From contig CAKOPG010000004.1 in NCBI GenBank assembly GCA_934098745.1, forward strand, positions 10,561 through 74,560: a stretch of 64,000 nucleotides of DNA, written 5' to 3'. Each line of letters starts with the position of its first letter. Within the stretch, counting starts at the first letter, position 1. The notes beneath the pieces were generated by a model. That model searched no databases. It was given only the letters and a program-made list of their open reading frames with translations, and was not told the origin of the DNA. Below are positions 40,724-50,156 of this stretch, piece after piece. The position numbers were made by a program, and so were the translations under genes. Origin of the DNA: an uncultured Bacilli bacterium. Lineage in GTDB: Bacteria; Bacillota_I; Bacilli_A; RF39; UBA660.

Positions 40724-41929
40724 ATGGAAAAAGAAAATAAAAAAGTTGAATTATTATCACCTGCCGGTAATTTAGAAAGAGTAAAAATAGCCTTATTATA
40801 TGGCGCCGATGCCGTATATTTTGGTGGCCGTAATTATAGTTTAAGGGCCAATGCGAAGAATTTAGATATAAAAGAAATAAAAGAAGCCTGCGATTATGCT
40901 CATAATTATGGGAAAAAAGTCTATGTTACCGTCAATATTATTTTTCACAATGAAGATGTTTCTGGACTAGCAGATTATTTGAAAGAATTAGAAAAATGTG
41001 GTGTCGATGCCATTATAGTTTCCGATCCATTAGTCATAAATATAGTTTCCGAGAATAAAATAAATATACCTATTCACATTTCCACCCAATATTCTTCTCT
41101 TAACTATGAAACTGTTAAATTTTGGAAAAAAATGGGTGTCGAAAGAGTAGTTTTAGCAAGAGAAACATCGCGTGATGAAATAAAAGAAATAATAGACAAA
41201 ACAGGTGTAGAAATAGAAACCTTTATCCATGGAGCTATGTGTGCTAGCTATTCTGGTAGATGTGTTTTATCAAATTATTTTACCAATAGAGATGCTAATC
41301 GTGGTGGTTGTGCACAAGTATGTCGTTTTAGTTTTGATCTAAAAAAAGATGATGAAATCATTGACAACAAAGTTAAGTTTACTATGTGTTCTAAAGATTT
41401 ATGCATGTTAGAATTTCTTCCAGATATGATTGATATTGGTATATGTAGCTTAAAAGTTGAAGGAAGAATGCGTAGTATTTATTATATTGCCACAGTTATA
41501 AGTACATATAGACATGCAATTGATGATTACTATGCTAAGAAATTGACAAAAGATAGAATGAACTACTACATGAAAATTTTAAATAGAGTAGCTAATAGAG
41601 ATAACGTTCCACAGTTTTATAATAAATTTCCTACCGAAGCCGAACAATATTTTTTAGGAAGAGAAGAAGTATCAAATCAAGATTATTTAGGTATAGTTGA
41701 TTCATATGATGGAGAATATGTAACTTTAATACAAAAGAATTATTTTAAACCAGGAGATGCTGTTGAAATAATTTCTCCAACCAAAGAAACGATTCAATTA
41801 ATCGTTCCAGATATTTATGATGAAAACGGAGAAAAATTAGATTGTGCTAGACATCCTGAGCAAATCATTAAATTTAAATTATCGCATCCTGTTGAAAAAT
41901 ATGACATGATGAGAACTTTAATAAAATAG
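40724..41929 (+). CDS. peptidase U32 family protein (YrrO/TrhP-like, tRNA U34 hydroxylation)
   Basis: ELLSPAGNLERVKIALLYGADAVYFGG ... FIHGAMCASYSGRCVLSNY ... RDANRGGCAQVCR. Confidence 0.85.
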   Translation: MEKENKKVELLSPAGNLERVKIALLYGADAVYFGGRNYSLRANAKNLDIKEIKEACDYAHNYGKKVYVTVNIIFHNEDVSGLADYLKELEKCGVDAIIVSDPLVINIVSENKINIPIHISTQYSSLNYETVKFWKKMGVERVVLARETSRDEIKEIIDKTGVEIETFIHGAMCASYSGRCVLSNYFTNRDANRGGCAQVCRFSFDLKKDDEIIDNKVKFTMCSKDLCMLEFLPDMIDIGICSLKVEGRMRSIYYIATVISTYRHAIDDYYAKKLTKDRMNYYMKILNRVANRDNVPQFYNKFPTEAEQYFLGREEVSNQDYLGIVDSYDGEYVTLIQKNYFKPGDAVEIISPTKETIQLIVPDIYDENGEKLDCARHPEQIIKFKLSHPVEKYDMMRTLIK

Positions 41930-41994
41930 TAGTTTTTACTTGACAAAAAGTAAAATAACTAGTAAAATGTTGAAATGTTAAAAGAGGTGAAAAT

Positions 41995-42462
41995 ATGAGC
42001 AATAAAGTATATTTAACAAATGAGGGTTTTCTTGAAATAGAAGAGGAATTAAATCACTTAAAGGATGTTAAGAGACCCGAAGTAATTAAAGCTTTAAAAG
42101 ATGCTAGAGCATTAGGAGATTTATCAGAAAATGCTGACTACGATGCTGCTAGAGATGAACAAGCAAAAGTTGAAGGAAGAATTGCTGAACTTGAGAAATT
42201 ACTTGAGACAGCTGAATTAATAGAAAAAAGAGATACAGATAAAGTATCCCTTGGAGCAACCGTTAAAATTATGTATGAAGATGATGAAGATGATGTTGAA
42301 GAATATCGTATAGTAGGATCAAAAGAAGCAGATCCATCTAATAATAAGATATCTAATGAATCACCATTAGCCAAAGCCATTATGGGAGCTAAGGCCGGTG
42401 AAGAACGTACAGTTGAAAGCCCTAACGGAAATTACAAAGTTACCGTTATTGAAATAAAGTAA
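41995..42462 (+). CDS. greA: transcription elongation factor GreA
   Basis: LTNEGFLEIEEELNHLK ... GDLSENADYDAARDEQ. Confidence 0.96.
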   Translation: MSNKVYLTNEGFLEIEEELNHLKDVKRPEVIKALKDARALGDLSENADYDAARDEQAKVEGRIAELEKLLETAELIEKRDTDKVSLGATVKIMYEDDEDDVEEYRIVGSKEADPSNNKISNESPLAKAIMGAKAGEERTVESPNGNYKVTVIEIK

Positions 42463-42474
42463 GGAGTGAATAAT

Positions 42475-43734
42475 TTGAAGCAAGAATTTAATTTTAAATT
42501 AGAAGGAAAAGAATGGGAAGAGTTACAAGAACAGGCATTTGCAAAGGTAAACAAAAAAGCTAAAATTGATGGTTTTAGACCTGGCAAAGCTCCTAAAAAT
42601 ATCTACATAAAAAAGTATGGAACAAGTGATATTTTATATGAGGCTACTGACATGGCTATTGAAAAAGAATATCAAAAAATTATTACGGAAAAAAAGTTAT
42701 TACCTGTTATTGAACCAAAAGTAGAACTTGTAAAATGTGATGAAAAAGAAGTCGAAGTTAAATTTATTTTCGTAACAGAACCTGAAGTTACACTTGGAGC
42801 ATATACAAATTTGGGTGTAAAAAAAGAAAAAGCCAAAGTCACTAAAGAAGAAATTAAAACAAGAATTGATGATCTATTAAATGAATATGCTGAACTTGAA
42901 ATCAAAGAAGGTGCAGTAGAATCTGGTGATGTATCTATTATAGATTTTATTGGTTACAAAGATGGTGCAGAATTTGAAGGAGGAAAAGCTGAGAATTATT
43001 CATTAACTATCGGAAGTAATTCCTTTATTCCTGGTTTTGAAGACGCAATAATTGGAATGCAAAAAGGTGAAACAAAAGACATAAATCTTACATTCCCAGA
43101 AGATTATATGGCCGAAGAACTAAAAGGAAAAGATGTTGTATTTAAAGTAACAGTTCATGAAATAAAAAAACGTGTTGTACCAAAATTAGATAAAGACTTC
43201 TTTGATGATTTAGGCATGGAAGGTGTGACAACAAAAGAAGAATTAGAACATGAAATTGAACATGAAATTATGCATCAAAAAGAGCATGAACTACATCACG
43301 CCTATGAAGAAAAATGCTTAGAAAAAGCAGCCGAAAATATGAAAATAGATATTTGTGATGAACTAGTAGCTGATGAAGTAGAACATATGTATAAAGAATT
43401 TATGCAAAGAATGCAAATGCAAGGCATTAGTGAAGAAATGTATTATGAATATACAAAATCTAAAAAAGAAGATATTACTAGCCAAATGAGAGAAGATGCT
43501 ATAAAGAGAATTAAATATCGCTATCTTTTAAAAGAAATAATTAAAAAAGAGAAAATTAAAGTAACTGATAAAGAAGCTAAAGCTCAAGTTAAAGAAATGG
43601 CTGAAATGTATAATGTAGATGAAGAAACTATTCTAAAAGAAGTACCTTTAGATAATATTAAATTTGAAGCAATGTACCAAAAAGCTATGGATATTGTTAC
43701 TGCTAATGAATCTAAAAAGAAAGAAGAAAAGTAA
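42475..43734 (+). CDS. tig: trigger factor
   Basis: IDGFRPGKAPKNI, FKBP-type middle domain IDFIGYKDGAEFEGGKAENY. TTG 42475 (AAGGAG 8 nt upstream) preferred over track GTG 42466. Confidence 0.92.
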   Translation: MKQEFNFKLEGKEWEELQEQAFAKVNKKAKIDGFRPGKAPKNIYIKKYGTSDILYEATDMAIEKEYQKIITEKKLLPVIEPKVELVKCDEKEVEVKFIFVTEPEVTLGAYTNLGVKKEKAKVTKEEIKTRIDDLLNEYAELEIKEGAVESGDVSIIDFIGYKDGAEFEGGKAENYSLTIGSNSFIPGFEDAIIGMQKGETKDINLTFPEDYMAEELKGKDVVFKVTVHEIKKRVVPKLDKDFFDDLGMEGVTTKEELEHEIEHEIMHQKEHELHHAYEEKCLEKAAENMKIDICDELVADEVEHMYKEFMQRMQMQGISEEMYYEYTKSKKEDITSQMREDAIKRIKYRYLLKEIIKKEKIKVTDKEAKAQVKEMAEMYNVDEETILKEVPLDNIKFEAMYQKAMDIVTANESKKKEEK

Positions 43735-43765
43735 AAGTCACAAAAGACTTTTTTTCTTTTACACA
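43735..43765 (+). terminator. tig terminator
   Basis: AAAGTC acaa.. GACTTT followed by TTTTTCTTTT. Confidence 0.6.
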
Positions 43766-44055
43766 TCTATATAATATAAAATATTATTTTCTCAACAATT
43801 ATAATATGCCAAAGAACGAAATACATTAGGAGAGAAATTTCATTGAATATAATGTCTAGTATCAGTAATTGTAATTAGGTATTGGTAATCATATAAAGAA
43901 CAATTTTTAAATTATAATAATAAATAATGACATTATTTTCAAGAAAAATCCTAATTTAGCTTTAAGATCGAACCTTTTTGATGTAAAGTTACCAAAAATA
44001 TATTAGATAGATTAAATAATATGATATAATTGTATACAGTTAGTTAAGGAGTGAT

Positions 44056-44574
44056 ATGATGGCTAATACATTAGCAGAATTTTTTGTAAATGCTTTTTCG
44101 GGATTAACAAGCCTAAAATATGGTAAAGAATTAATAATTTTTATTATTTCTATGATGCCTATTTTAGAACTTCGTGGAGGATTAATAGCTGCCACACTTT
44201 TAGGGTTAAAAGGCTTACCAAGCTTTATTATTTGCTTTGTTGGAAACATTATTCCAATCCCATTTATATTATGGTTAATTACACCAATATTTAATAAATT
44301 AAAGAAAACCAAAATGTTCAGTGGTTTAGTAAATAAAATTGAAAAGAAAGCTTTATCAAAAAAAGAACAAATAGAAAAACTTAAATATATTGGTTTAATG
44401 TTATTTGTTGGTATTCCTTTACCAGGAACTGGCGCATGGACTGGTTGTTTAATAGCTGCCATGCTTGATATGGATAAGAAAAAAGCCATGTTATATACCA
44501 TACTAGGAGTTATAATGGCTGGTATAATTATGATGATTGTTTCATATGGTATTTTAGACAATATAATTCATTAA
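44056..44574 (+). CDS. small multidrug export-like membrane protein (COG2426 type)
   Basis: AAGGAG RBS. PILELRGGLIAA and GIPLPGTGAWTG segments are typical of the family. Chosen over the fully overlapping antisense ORF. Confidence 0.65.
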   Translation: MMANTLAEFFVNAFSGLTSLKYGKELIIFIISMMPILELRGGLIAATLLGLKGLPSFIICFVGNIIPIPFILWLITPIFNKLKKTKMFSGLVNKIEKKALSKKEQIEKLKYIGLMLFVGIPLPGTGAWTGCLIAAMLDMDKKKAMLYTILGVIMAGIIMMIVSYGILDNIIH

Positions 44575-44649
44575 ATTACAAAAAACACTTGAAAAAATCA
44601 TTTAATAATGATATAATTTTAATTGTCTTTGAAAAAAAGATAATTAAAT

Positions 44650-44725
44650 GGGCTGTTAGCTCAGTTGGTAGAGCAACTGACTCTTAATCAGTGGGTCTAG
44701 GGTTCGAATCCCTAACAGCCCACCA
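44650..44725 (+). tRNA. tRNA-Lys (CTT)
   Basis: GGGCTGTTAGCTCAGTTGGTAGAGCAACTGACTCTTAATCAGTGGGTCTAGGGTTCGAATCCCTAACAGCCCACCA; anticodon loop CTCTTAA. Confidence 0.95.
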
Positions 44726-44801
44726 TTTAATTGTTTAAATTGAAAAAAATGCTTGATATTATATTTATTTAATGTTATAATCAATTAGCAGGGAACAAAA
44801 T

Positions 44802-44878
<77 letters not shown>

Positions 44879-44889
44879 TTTTGTTTTAT

Positions 44890-44966
44890 GGCCCGTTGGT
44901 GAAGTGGTTCAACACACATGCCTTTCACGCATGCATTCATGGGTTCAAATCCCGTACGGGTCACCA
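44890..44966 (+). tRNA. tRNA-Glu (TTC)
   Basis: GGCCCGTTGGTGAAGTGGTTCAACACACATGCCTTTCACGCATGCATTCATGGGTTCAAATCCCGTACGGGTCACCA. Confidence 0.93.
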
Positions 44967-44977
44967 ATGAGAAATTA

Positions 44978-45008
44978 AAAGTCTTTAGAAATAAAGGCTT
45001 TTTGTTTG
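44978..45008 (+). terminator. terminator of tRNA cluster
   Basis: AAAGTCTTT ... AAAGGCTTT stem (one G-U) followed by TTGTTTG. Confidence 0.6.
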
Positions 45009-45091
45009 CTATAATGTGATATATAGTTACATTAAACATCTTTTCTTACTAAAATTTGTATGTTATAATTATCTCATAAGGAGAGATTATA

Positions 45092-46297
45092 ATGAGTGAA
45101 AAATATTTAGTTGTTAATTGTGGTAGTTCTTCCTTAAAGTTTTCCGTGTATGAAATGCCAAATGAAAAAGAACTTATCAACGGTTATATTGAAAAGATAG
45201 GGCACCCTGACAGTTTTTGGACAATAAAAATTAATGGTAATAAAAAAATAGGACAAAAATATATAGACAATCATGAGTCAGCAGTTCAAGTAATGTTGGA
45301 AGAATTAATAAACAACAAAATAATTACAACTATGTCGGAAATTAAAGGTGTAGGTCATAGAGTTTTGCATGGTGGAGAAAGATATAATGATTCTGTAAAA
45401 ATAGATGATGAAGTACTTAGAAATATTATTAATTTAACAAACCTGGGGCCTCTTCATCATCCAGGTGAAATTGCTGGTATAAAAGCTATGCAAGAGGCCA
45501 TGCCTAATACCATTCAAGTAGCTGTATTTGACACTGCTTTTCATCAAACAATGCCAGAAGAAAATTATATTTATGCTGTTCCATACGAATGGTATTTAAA
45601 ATATAAAGTAAGAAGGTACGGTTTTCATGGAACTAGTCATAAATATATTACTGAGCATATGCAAGAAAAGCTTAATAAGAAAAATGTAAATTTAATTATT
45701 TGTCATGTAGGAAGTGGAGCTAGTATTTCTTGTGTAAAAAATGGAGAATGTTTTGCTACAACCATGGGATTAACACCATTAGATGGTTTAGTAATGGGAA
45801 CCCGTAGTGGCGCTGTAGATCCATCAATTATAAAATTTATGGCCGATGAAAGTGGATTAAATGTAGACTTTATAACAGAAGAATTAAACAAAAAAAGCGG
45901 ATTATTAGGAATATGTGGTAAAAATGATTTCCGGGATGTTTTAAAACTAAAAGAATCAGGCGATGAAAGAGGAATACTTGCTTATAACATTTTTCGAAAT
46001 TCAATAATTAATTATATTGCTGAGTATTATTTCAAGTTATTAGGCAATGTAGATGCTATCGTCTTCACAGCAGGAGTATTAGAAAATAATGCCATTTTAA
46101 GAGCAGATATAGTAAACCGCATTTCTACATGTATTGATATGTCATTAGATGATGAAATGAATAATAATATAGGATATGGTCATGATTTAAAAGAAGGATT
46201 AATAACTAAAGAAAATTCCAAAATACCAGTATACGTTGTTCCAACCTCTGAAGAAATAATGATAGTTAGAGATACCTATGAAATAGTTAATAAGTAA
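45092..46297 (+). CDS. ackA: acetate/short-chain acyl kinase (paralogue 2)
   Basis: VVNCGSSSLKF, VFDTAFHQT, YGFHGTSHKY, FTAGVLENN, VPTSEEIMIV. Roughly half identical to the 28892 copy by eye. Confidence 0.88.
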   Translation: MSEKYLVVNCGSSSLKFSVYEMPNEKELINGYIEKIGHPDSFWTIKINGNKKIGQKYIDNHESAVQVMLEELINNKIITTMSEIKGVGHRVLHGGERYNDSVKIDDEVLRNIINLTNLGPLHHPGEIAGIKAMQEAMPNTIQVAVFDTAFHQTMPEENYIYAVPYEWYLKYKVRRYGFHGTSHKYITEHMQEKLNKKNVNLIICHVGSGASISCVKNGECFATTMGLTPLDGLVMGTRSGAVDPSIIKFMADESGLNVDFITEELNKKSGLLGICGKNDFRDVLKLKESGDERGILAYNIFRNSIINYIAEYYFKLLGNVDAIVFTAGVLENNAILRADIVNRISTCIDMSLDDEMNNNIGYGHDLKEGLITKENSKIPVYVVPTSEEIMIVRDTYEIVNK

Positions 46298-46424
46298 AAT
46301 TTAAAGTAATTTATAGCAATATAAATTGCTTTTTATATAGTATCAAACTTTTATTTAATTAACATATAGTAAATATAAGTATAGACTTTATCTAATCAAT
46401 TTGGTAAAATTAATTTAAGATGGA

Positions 46425-48431
46425 GTGATGTATATGAATGAATTAGAAAAAATAGAAGGAATTGGTCCTAAAACCAGTGAATTATTAGCTAAATTAAAAA
46501 TTAATACTATTGATGATTTAATAAATTACTATCCATACAGATATGAAGTGTTGAAAAGAAGCAATCTTTTAGAGATAAAAGATGGTGATAAAATAATTAT
46601 TGATGGTATTGTCGAAGGACAACCAACAATCATTTATTTATCTCCAAAACTAAAAAAAATTATTCTAAGAATTAACACCTATCAAAGCATTTTAAATGTT
46701 ACTATTTATAATAAAATATATTTAATGGAGAATTTAAAAATAGGCACTTATGTAACCGTTATTGGTAAATATGATAAAATTAAAAATACCGTTGTTGCTA
46801 GTGATGTTCGTTTAGAAAGATTACCATCTATTCCTAAAATAGAGAGTATATATTATACAACTTCTGGTTTATCTAAAAAAAGTATTTCGAAATTTATTAT
46901 GTCTCTTATTATGGGCGGTTACAAGCCGATAGAAAAAATTCCTGAATATATTATAGATAAATATAATTTAATGACAAAATATGAAGCCATTGTTGAAATA
47001 CATAATCCTACAGATGTAATTCTTTTAAAAAAAGCACGACAAAGATTAAAATATGAAGAATTATTTATATATCTATTAAAAATAAATTACTTAAAAATGA
47101 AAAATCAAGAGGATGAACATGCTTTGACTAGAAATATAGATAAAGTAAAATTAGACGAACTAATCAAATCATTACCATATGAATTAACTATTGATCAAAA
47201 AATAGTAACAGAAGAGATTTTAAATGATATGTCTTCCAATAAAAGAATGAATCGATTATTACAAGGTGATGTTGGCAGTGGAAAAACTATTGTTGCATTA
47301 ATTAGTGCGTATGCCAATTATCTTTCAAAATATCAAACAGCCCTTATGGTACCTACAGAAATTCTTGCTAATCAGCATTATAGTGAAGCCAAAGAAATTT
47401 TACAAAAATTAGGAATGAATGTAAGTATATTGACTTCATCTACCAATAAAAAGGACAAAGAAAAAATAATAGCTGATTTAGCAACAGGAAAAATAGATTT
47501 GATTATTGGGACACAATCATTAATACAAGATAATGTAACATTTCATAATTTGGGTTTAGTTATAACAGATGAACAACATCGTTTTGGTGTTAATCAACGC
47601 AGTAAATTTAAAAACAAAGGTATTAGCCCAGATGTTTTATTAATGAGTGCTACCCCAATTCCTAGAACCTATGCTTTGACTATATATGGTGACATGGAAG
47701 TATCAAGCATAAAAAGCAAACCAATTGGTAGGAAAGAAGTAATAACATATTTTAAGAAAGAAAGAGATATTACTCAAGTACTAGAGCTAATGTATGAACA
47801 ATTAAAAAGTAATCATCAAATTTATGTAATTGCTCCGACGATAGATAGTGATAGTGATGAAGTAGAAAATATAAATAGTTTAACAGAAAAGATGAATAAA
47901 GCCTTTGGAAAAATATATAACATATCAGCTATCCATGGTAAATTAGATTCAAAAGAAAAAAACAAAATAATGTCAGATTATGAAAAAGGAAAAATAAATA
48001 TTTTAATATCGACAACAGTTATTGAAGTTGGTGTTAATGTCCCAAATGCCAGTATGATTGTTATTTTCGATGCTAACTATTTTGGCTTATCAACTATTCA
48101 TCAATTAAGAGGCAGAGTTGGTCGTAGTAATATCCAAAGTTATTGTGTATTGATAGCCAAAGAGTATCAAGAGAGACTAAAAATGTTAGAAACATGTCAT
48201 GATGGCTTTGAAATTAGTGAATATGACTTTAAAAATAGAGGAGAAGGGGATTTATTTGGTATTAGACAAAGTGGTGAAATCGGCTTGAAATTGGCCAATG
48301 TTAAAAGAGACTACCAAATGTTGTTAAAAGCCAGAGATGATGCTATTGAATTTTTACCAATATTACTAGAAAATAAGTACAAATATCAAGAAATCTACAA
48401 AGAGTTGGAATGTCTTAATAATATCGATTAA
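46425..48431 (+). CDS. recG: ATP-dependent DNA helicase RecG
   Basis: Wedge domain, then GDVGSGKT, TDEQHRFGV, LMSATPIPRT, QLRGRVGR. Confidence 0.95.
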   Translation: MMYMNELEKIEGIGPKTSELLAKLKINTIDDLINYYPYRYEVLKRSNLLEIKDGDKIIIDGIVEGQPTIIYLSPKLKKIILRINTYQSILNVTIYNKIYLMENLKIGTYVTVIGKYDKIKNTVVASDVRLERLPSIPKIESIYYTTSGLSKKSISKFIMSLIMGGYKPIEKIPEYIIDKYNLMTKYEAIVEIHNPTDVILLKKARQRLKYEELFIYLLKINYLKMKNQEDEHALTRNIDKVKLDELIKSLPYELTIDQKIVTEEILNDMSSNKRMNRLLQGDVGSGKTIVALISAYANYLSKYQTALMVPTEILANQHYSEAKEILQKLGMNVSILTSSTNKKDKEKIIADLATGKIDLIIGTQSLIQDNVTFHNLGLVITDEQHRFGVNQRSKFKNKGISPDVLLMSATPIPRTYALTIYGDMEVSSIKSKPIGRKEVITYFKKERDITQVLELMYEQLKSNHQIYVIAPTIDSDSDEVENINSLTEKMNKAFGKIYNISAIHGKLDSKEKNKIMSDYEKGKINILISTTVIEVGVNVPNASMIVIFDANYFGLSTIHQLRGRVGRSNIQSYCVLIAKEYQERLKMLETCHDGFEISEYDFKNRGEGDLFGIRQSGEIGLKLANVKRDYQMLLKARDDAIEFLPILLENKYKYQEIYKELECLNNID

Positions 48432-48470
48432 ATTACAAATAAAAAAAAATTAATTTCTTTTAAAAAGTAC

Positions 48471-48499
48471 TTGCTTTTCTATTCAAAATATAATACAAT
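48471..48499 (+). promoter_or_regulatory. candidate promoter of structured RNA
   Basis: TTGCTT (48471-48476), 17 nt, TACAAT (48494-48499). Confidence 0.5.
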
Positions 48500-48505
48500 T
48501 ATATT

Positions 48506-48616
48506 GTCATAATAAATAGATATTATGACCAACCTTTTTACACTCGCTACGGTTTTATGTAGGAGTGTTCAACCAAAACCCCCTGAAGAGAGCATTTAAC
48601 CGTGCTCTCATTTTTT
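48506..48616 (+). ncRNA. candidate about 110-nt structured small RNA (three hairpins, the last an intrinsic terminator)
   Basis: Hairpin 1: GTCATAATA/TATTATGAC (48506-48529). Hairpin 2: ACACTC-G-CTAC/GTAG-GAGTGT (48540-48568). Hairpin 3: GAGAGCA/TGCTCTC followed by A and T6 (48588-48616). No ORF in the interval. Confidence 0.45.
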
Positions 48617-48664
48617 GTGCCCATTTTATAAGAGTTTGTGAGGTATCGGAATTGCTAAAATAAT

Positions 48665-48686
48665 TTTAGGTACAATTTAGGTACAA
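48665..48686 (+). repeat. perfect tandem 11-bp repeat TTTAGGTACAA x2
   Basis: Read directly: 48665-48675 is identical to 48676-48686. Confidence 0.9.
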
Positions 48687-48842
48687 AAAAATTTGATTCT
48701 ATGAATAGTTCATTGAGAAAAAGTGCCGAAAGTGGCAAAAATTATCAATGGATTTTTAATTATAACGATGATACGGATAAAATATGAATAATCCGTATGA
48801 CCGAAAAAAAACAATAATATTCCGCAAATGGAATAAAATATA

Positions 48843-48871
48843 TTGACATATTATTCCAGAAACGGTATAAT
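48843..48871 (+). promoter_or_regulatory. consensus sigma-A promoter of the Fic/DUF3800 operon
   Basis: TTGACA, exactly 17 nt, TATAAT; 21 nt upstream of ATG 48893 with an AGAGGTGA RBS. Confidence 0.75.
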
Positions 48872-48892
48872 CTATACATAGAGGTGATAACT

Positions 48893-49216
48893 ATGCATAT
48901 TAAAGATGTGAAAGATATTAGTGATATTGCTAAAGATATTAAAGATCTAACTGAGCAAATGAAAAATCCAACAAGAGAAGGTATGGAAAAAGCAATAAAG
49001 AGTGTTAGACAACACTTATTATTAGAAACAGAAGTATATGAAGATGCATTATGTGTTGCTAATAAGAGTTCAAAAGTAAATATTGAAAATATTGATAATA
49101 ACATTCTATATGGAAAACTTGATGATTATAAAACTATATGCTTTAGTTATCTTCTAGATAAGTATGGTAAAGAGCAACTTGATGAAATTATTAAAGAATA
49201 TAAATTGGAGGTGTAA
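48893..49216 (+). CDS. hypothetical small protein, first gene of the Fic operon
   Basis: 107 aa, RBS AGAGGTGA. The stop lies 2 nt before the Fic start. Confidence 0.65.
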   Translation: MHIKDVKDISDIAKDIKDLTEQMKNPTREGMEKAIKSVRQHLLLETEVYEDALCVANKSSKVNIENIDNNILYGKLDDYKTICFSYLLDKYGKEQLDEIIKEYKLEV

Positions 49217-49218
49217 AA

Positions 49219-50142
49219 ATGAATTTTATGACAATTAAAGAGGCAAGTGAAAAATGGGATATTAGTGAAAGAAGAATAAGACAACTTATTCAAGATGGTA
49301 GAATTTTAGGTGCAAAAAAAATTGGCTCTGCATGGTATATTCCAAATGATGCTGGCAAACCAATTGATAAGAGGGTAAAAGAAGAAATTGAATTTAAAAT
49401 AGATCTACCAGAAGATTATTTCAAAGAAGTAGATGAAAAACTTACTAAATTAAATAGCAAAAGACCATTGTCAAAAGAAGCAACAGAATCATTACAAAAT
49501 GCGATTAATCTAGAATGGACATACAACAGTAATGGTATTGAAGGTAACACTTTAACATTAAAAGAAACAAAAGTAGTATTAGAAGGAATTACTATTGGAG
49601 GTAAGTCTATAAAAGAGCATTTAGAAGCTATAAACCATGAAAATGCTATTGAATATTTAGAAGAATTAATTGGTGATAAAAGTGAAATATCTGAATGGAA
49701 TATTAAAGGATTACATCAATTAGTTTTAAAAGGAATTGATGATGAAAATGCCGGAAGATATAGAAATCATGATGTAATTATTAGTGGTGCACAACATAGA
49801 CCACCACAATATATAAAAGTTCCAGAATTAATGGAAAAATTAATAATGAACTATGATGAATGGGATAAGTATCATCCAATAATAAGAGCGGCGTTATTAC
49901 ATGGCGAGTTAGTTAAAATACACCCGTTTATTGATGGAAATGGTAGAACATCTAGATTAATAATGAATATGGAGCTAATGAGAAGTGGATATGTACCAGT
50001 TATCATTAAAAAAGATAATAGATTAAAATATTATGAAGCACTTGATAAAGCACATACAACAGGAGATTATACTGATTTTGTTAAATTAGTAACAGAAGCA
50101 GAAAATGAAATGCTTGATAGATATTTATCGGTAGTAGAATAG
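49219..50142 (+). CDS. HTH-Fic family protein (class II auto-inhibited Fic AMPylase-like)
   Basis: N-terminal excisionase/MerR-like HTH MTIKEASEKWDISERRIRQLI. Inhibitory motif SNGIEGN (S/TxxxEG/N). Active site HPFIDGNGRTSR. Confidence 0.88.
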   Translation: MNFMTIKEASEKWDISERRIRQLIQDGRILGAKKIGSAWYIPNDAGKPIDKRVKEEIEFKIDLPEDYFKEVDEKLTKLNSKRPLSKEATESLQNAINLEWTYNSNGIEGNTLTLKETKVVLEGITIGGKSIKEHLEAINHENAIEYLEELIGDKSEISEWNIKGLHQLVLKGIDDENAGRYRNHDVIISGAQHRPPQYIKVPELMEKLIMNYDEWDKYHPIIRAALLHGELVKIHPFIDGNGRTSRLIMNMELMRSGYVPVIIKKDNRLKYYEALDKAHTTGDYTDFVKLVTEAENEMLDRYLSVVE

Positions 50143-50156
50143 GAGGTATTAAGATT

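Noticed and set aside
44040-44561. 173-aa minus-strand ORF that exactly mirrors 44056..44574.
   Set aside because: The plus-strand frame has an AAGGAG RBS and family-typical motifs (LELRGGL, PLPGTGAWTG). The minus frame has neither.
48506-48616. The structured RNA as a retron msr/msd, a type III toxin-antitoxin repeat RNA, or a riboswitch.
   Set aside because: There is no reverse transcriptase or ToxN-like gene nearby and no tandem repeats within the RNA. Its own terminator is followed by about 230 nt and a separate consensus promoter before the next ORF, so a cis-acting riboswitch is unlikely.
48760-49104. 114-aa minus-strand ORF at the Fic operon promoter and first gene.
   Set aside because: It runs antisense across a consensus promoter and the first plus-strand gene, has no RBS, and is low-complexity.
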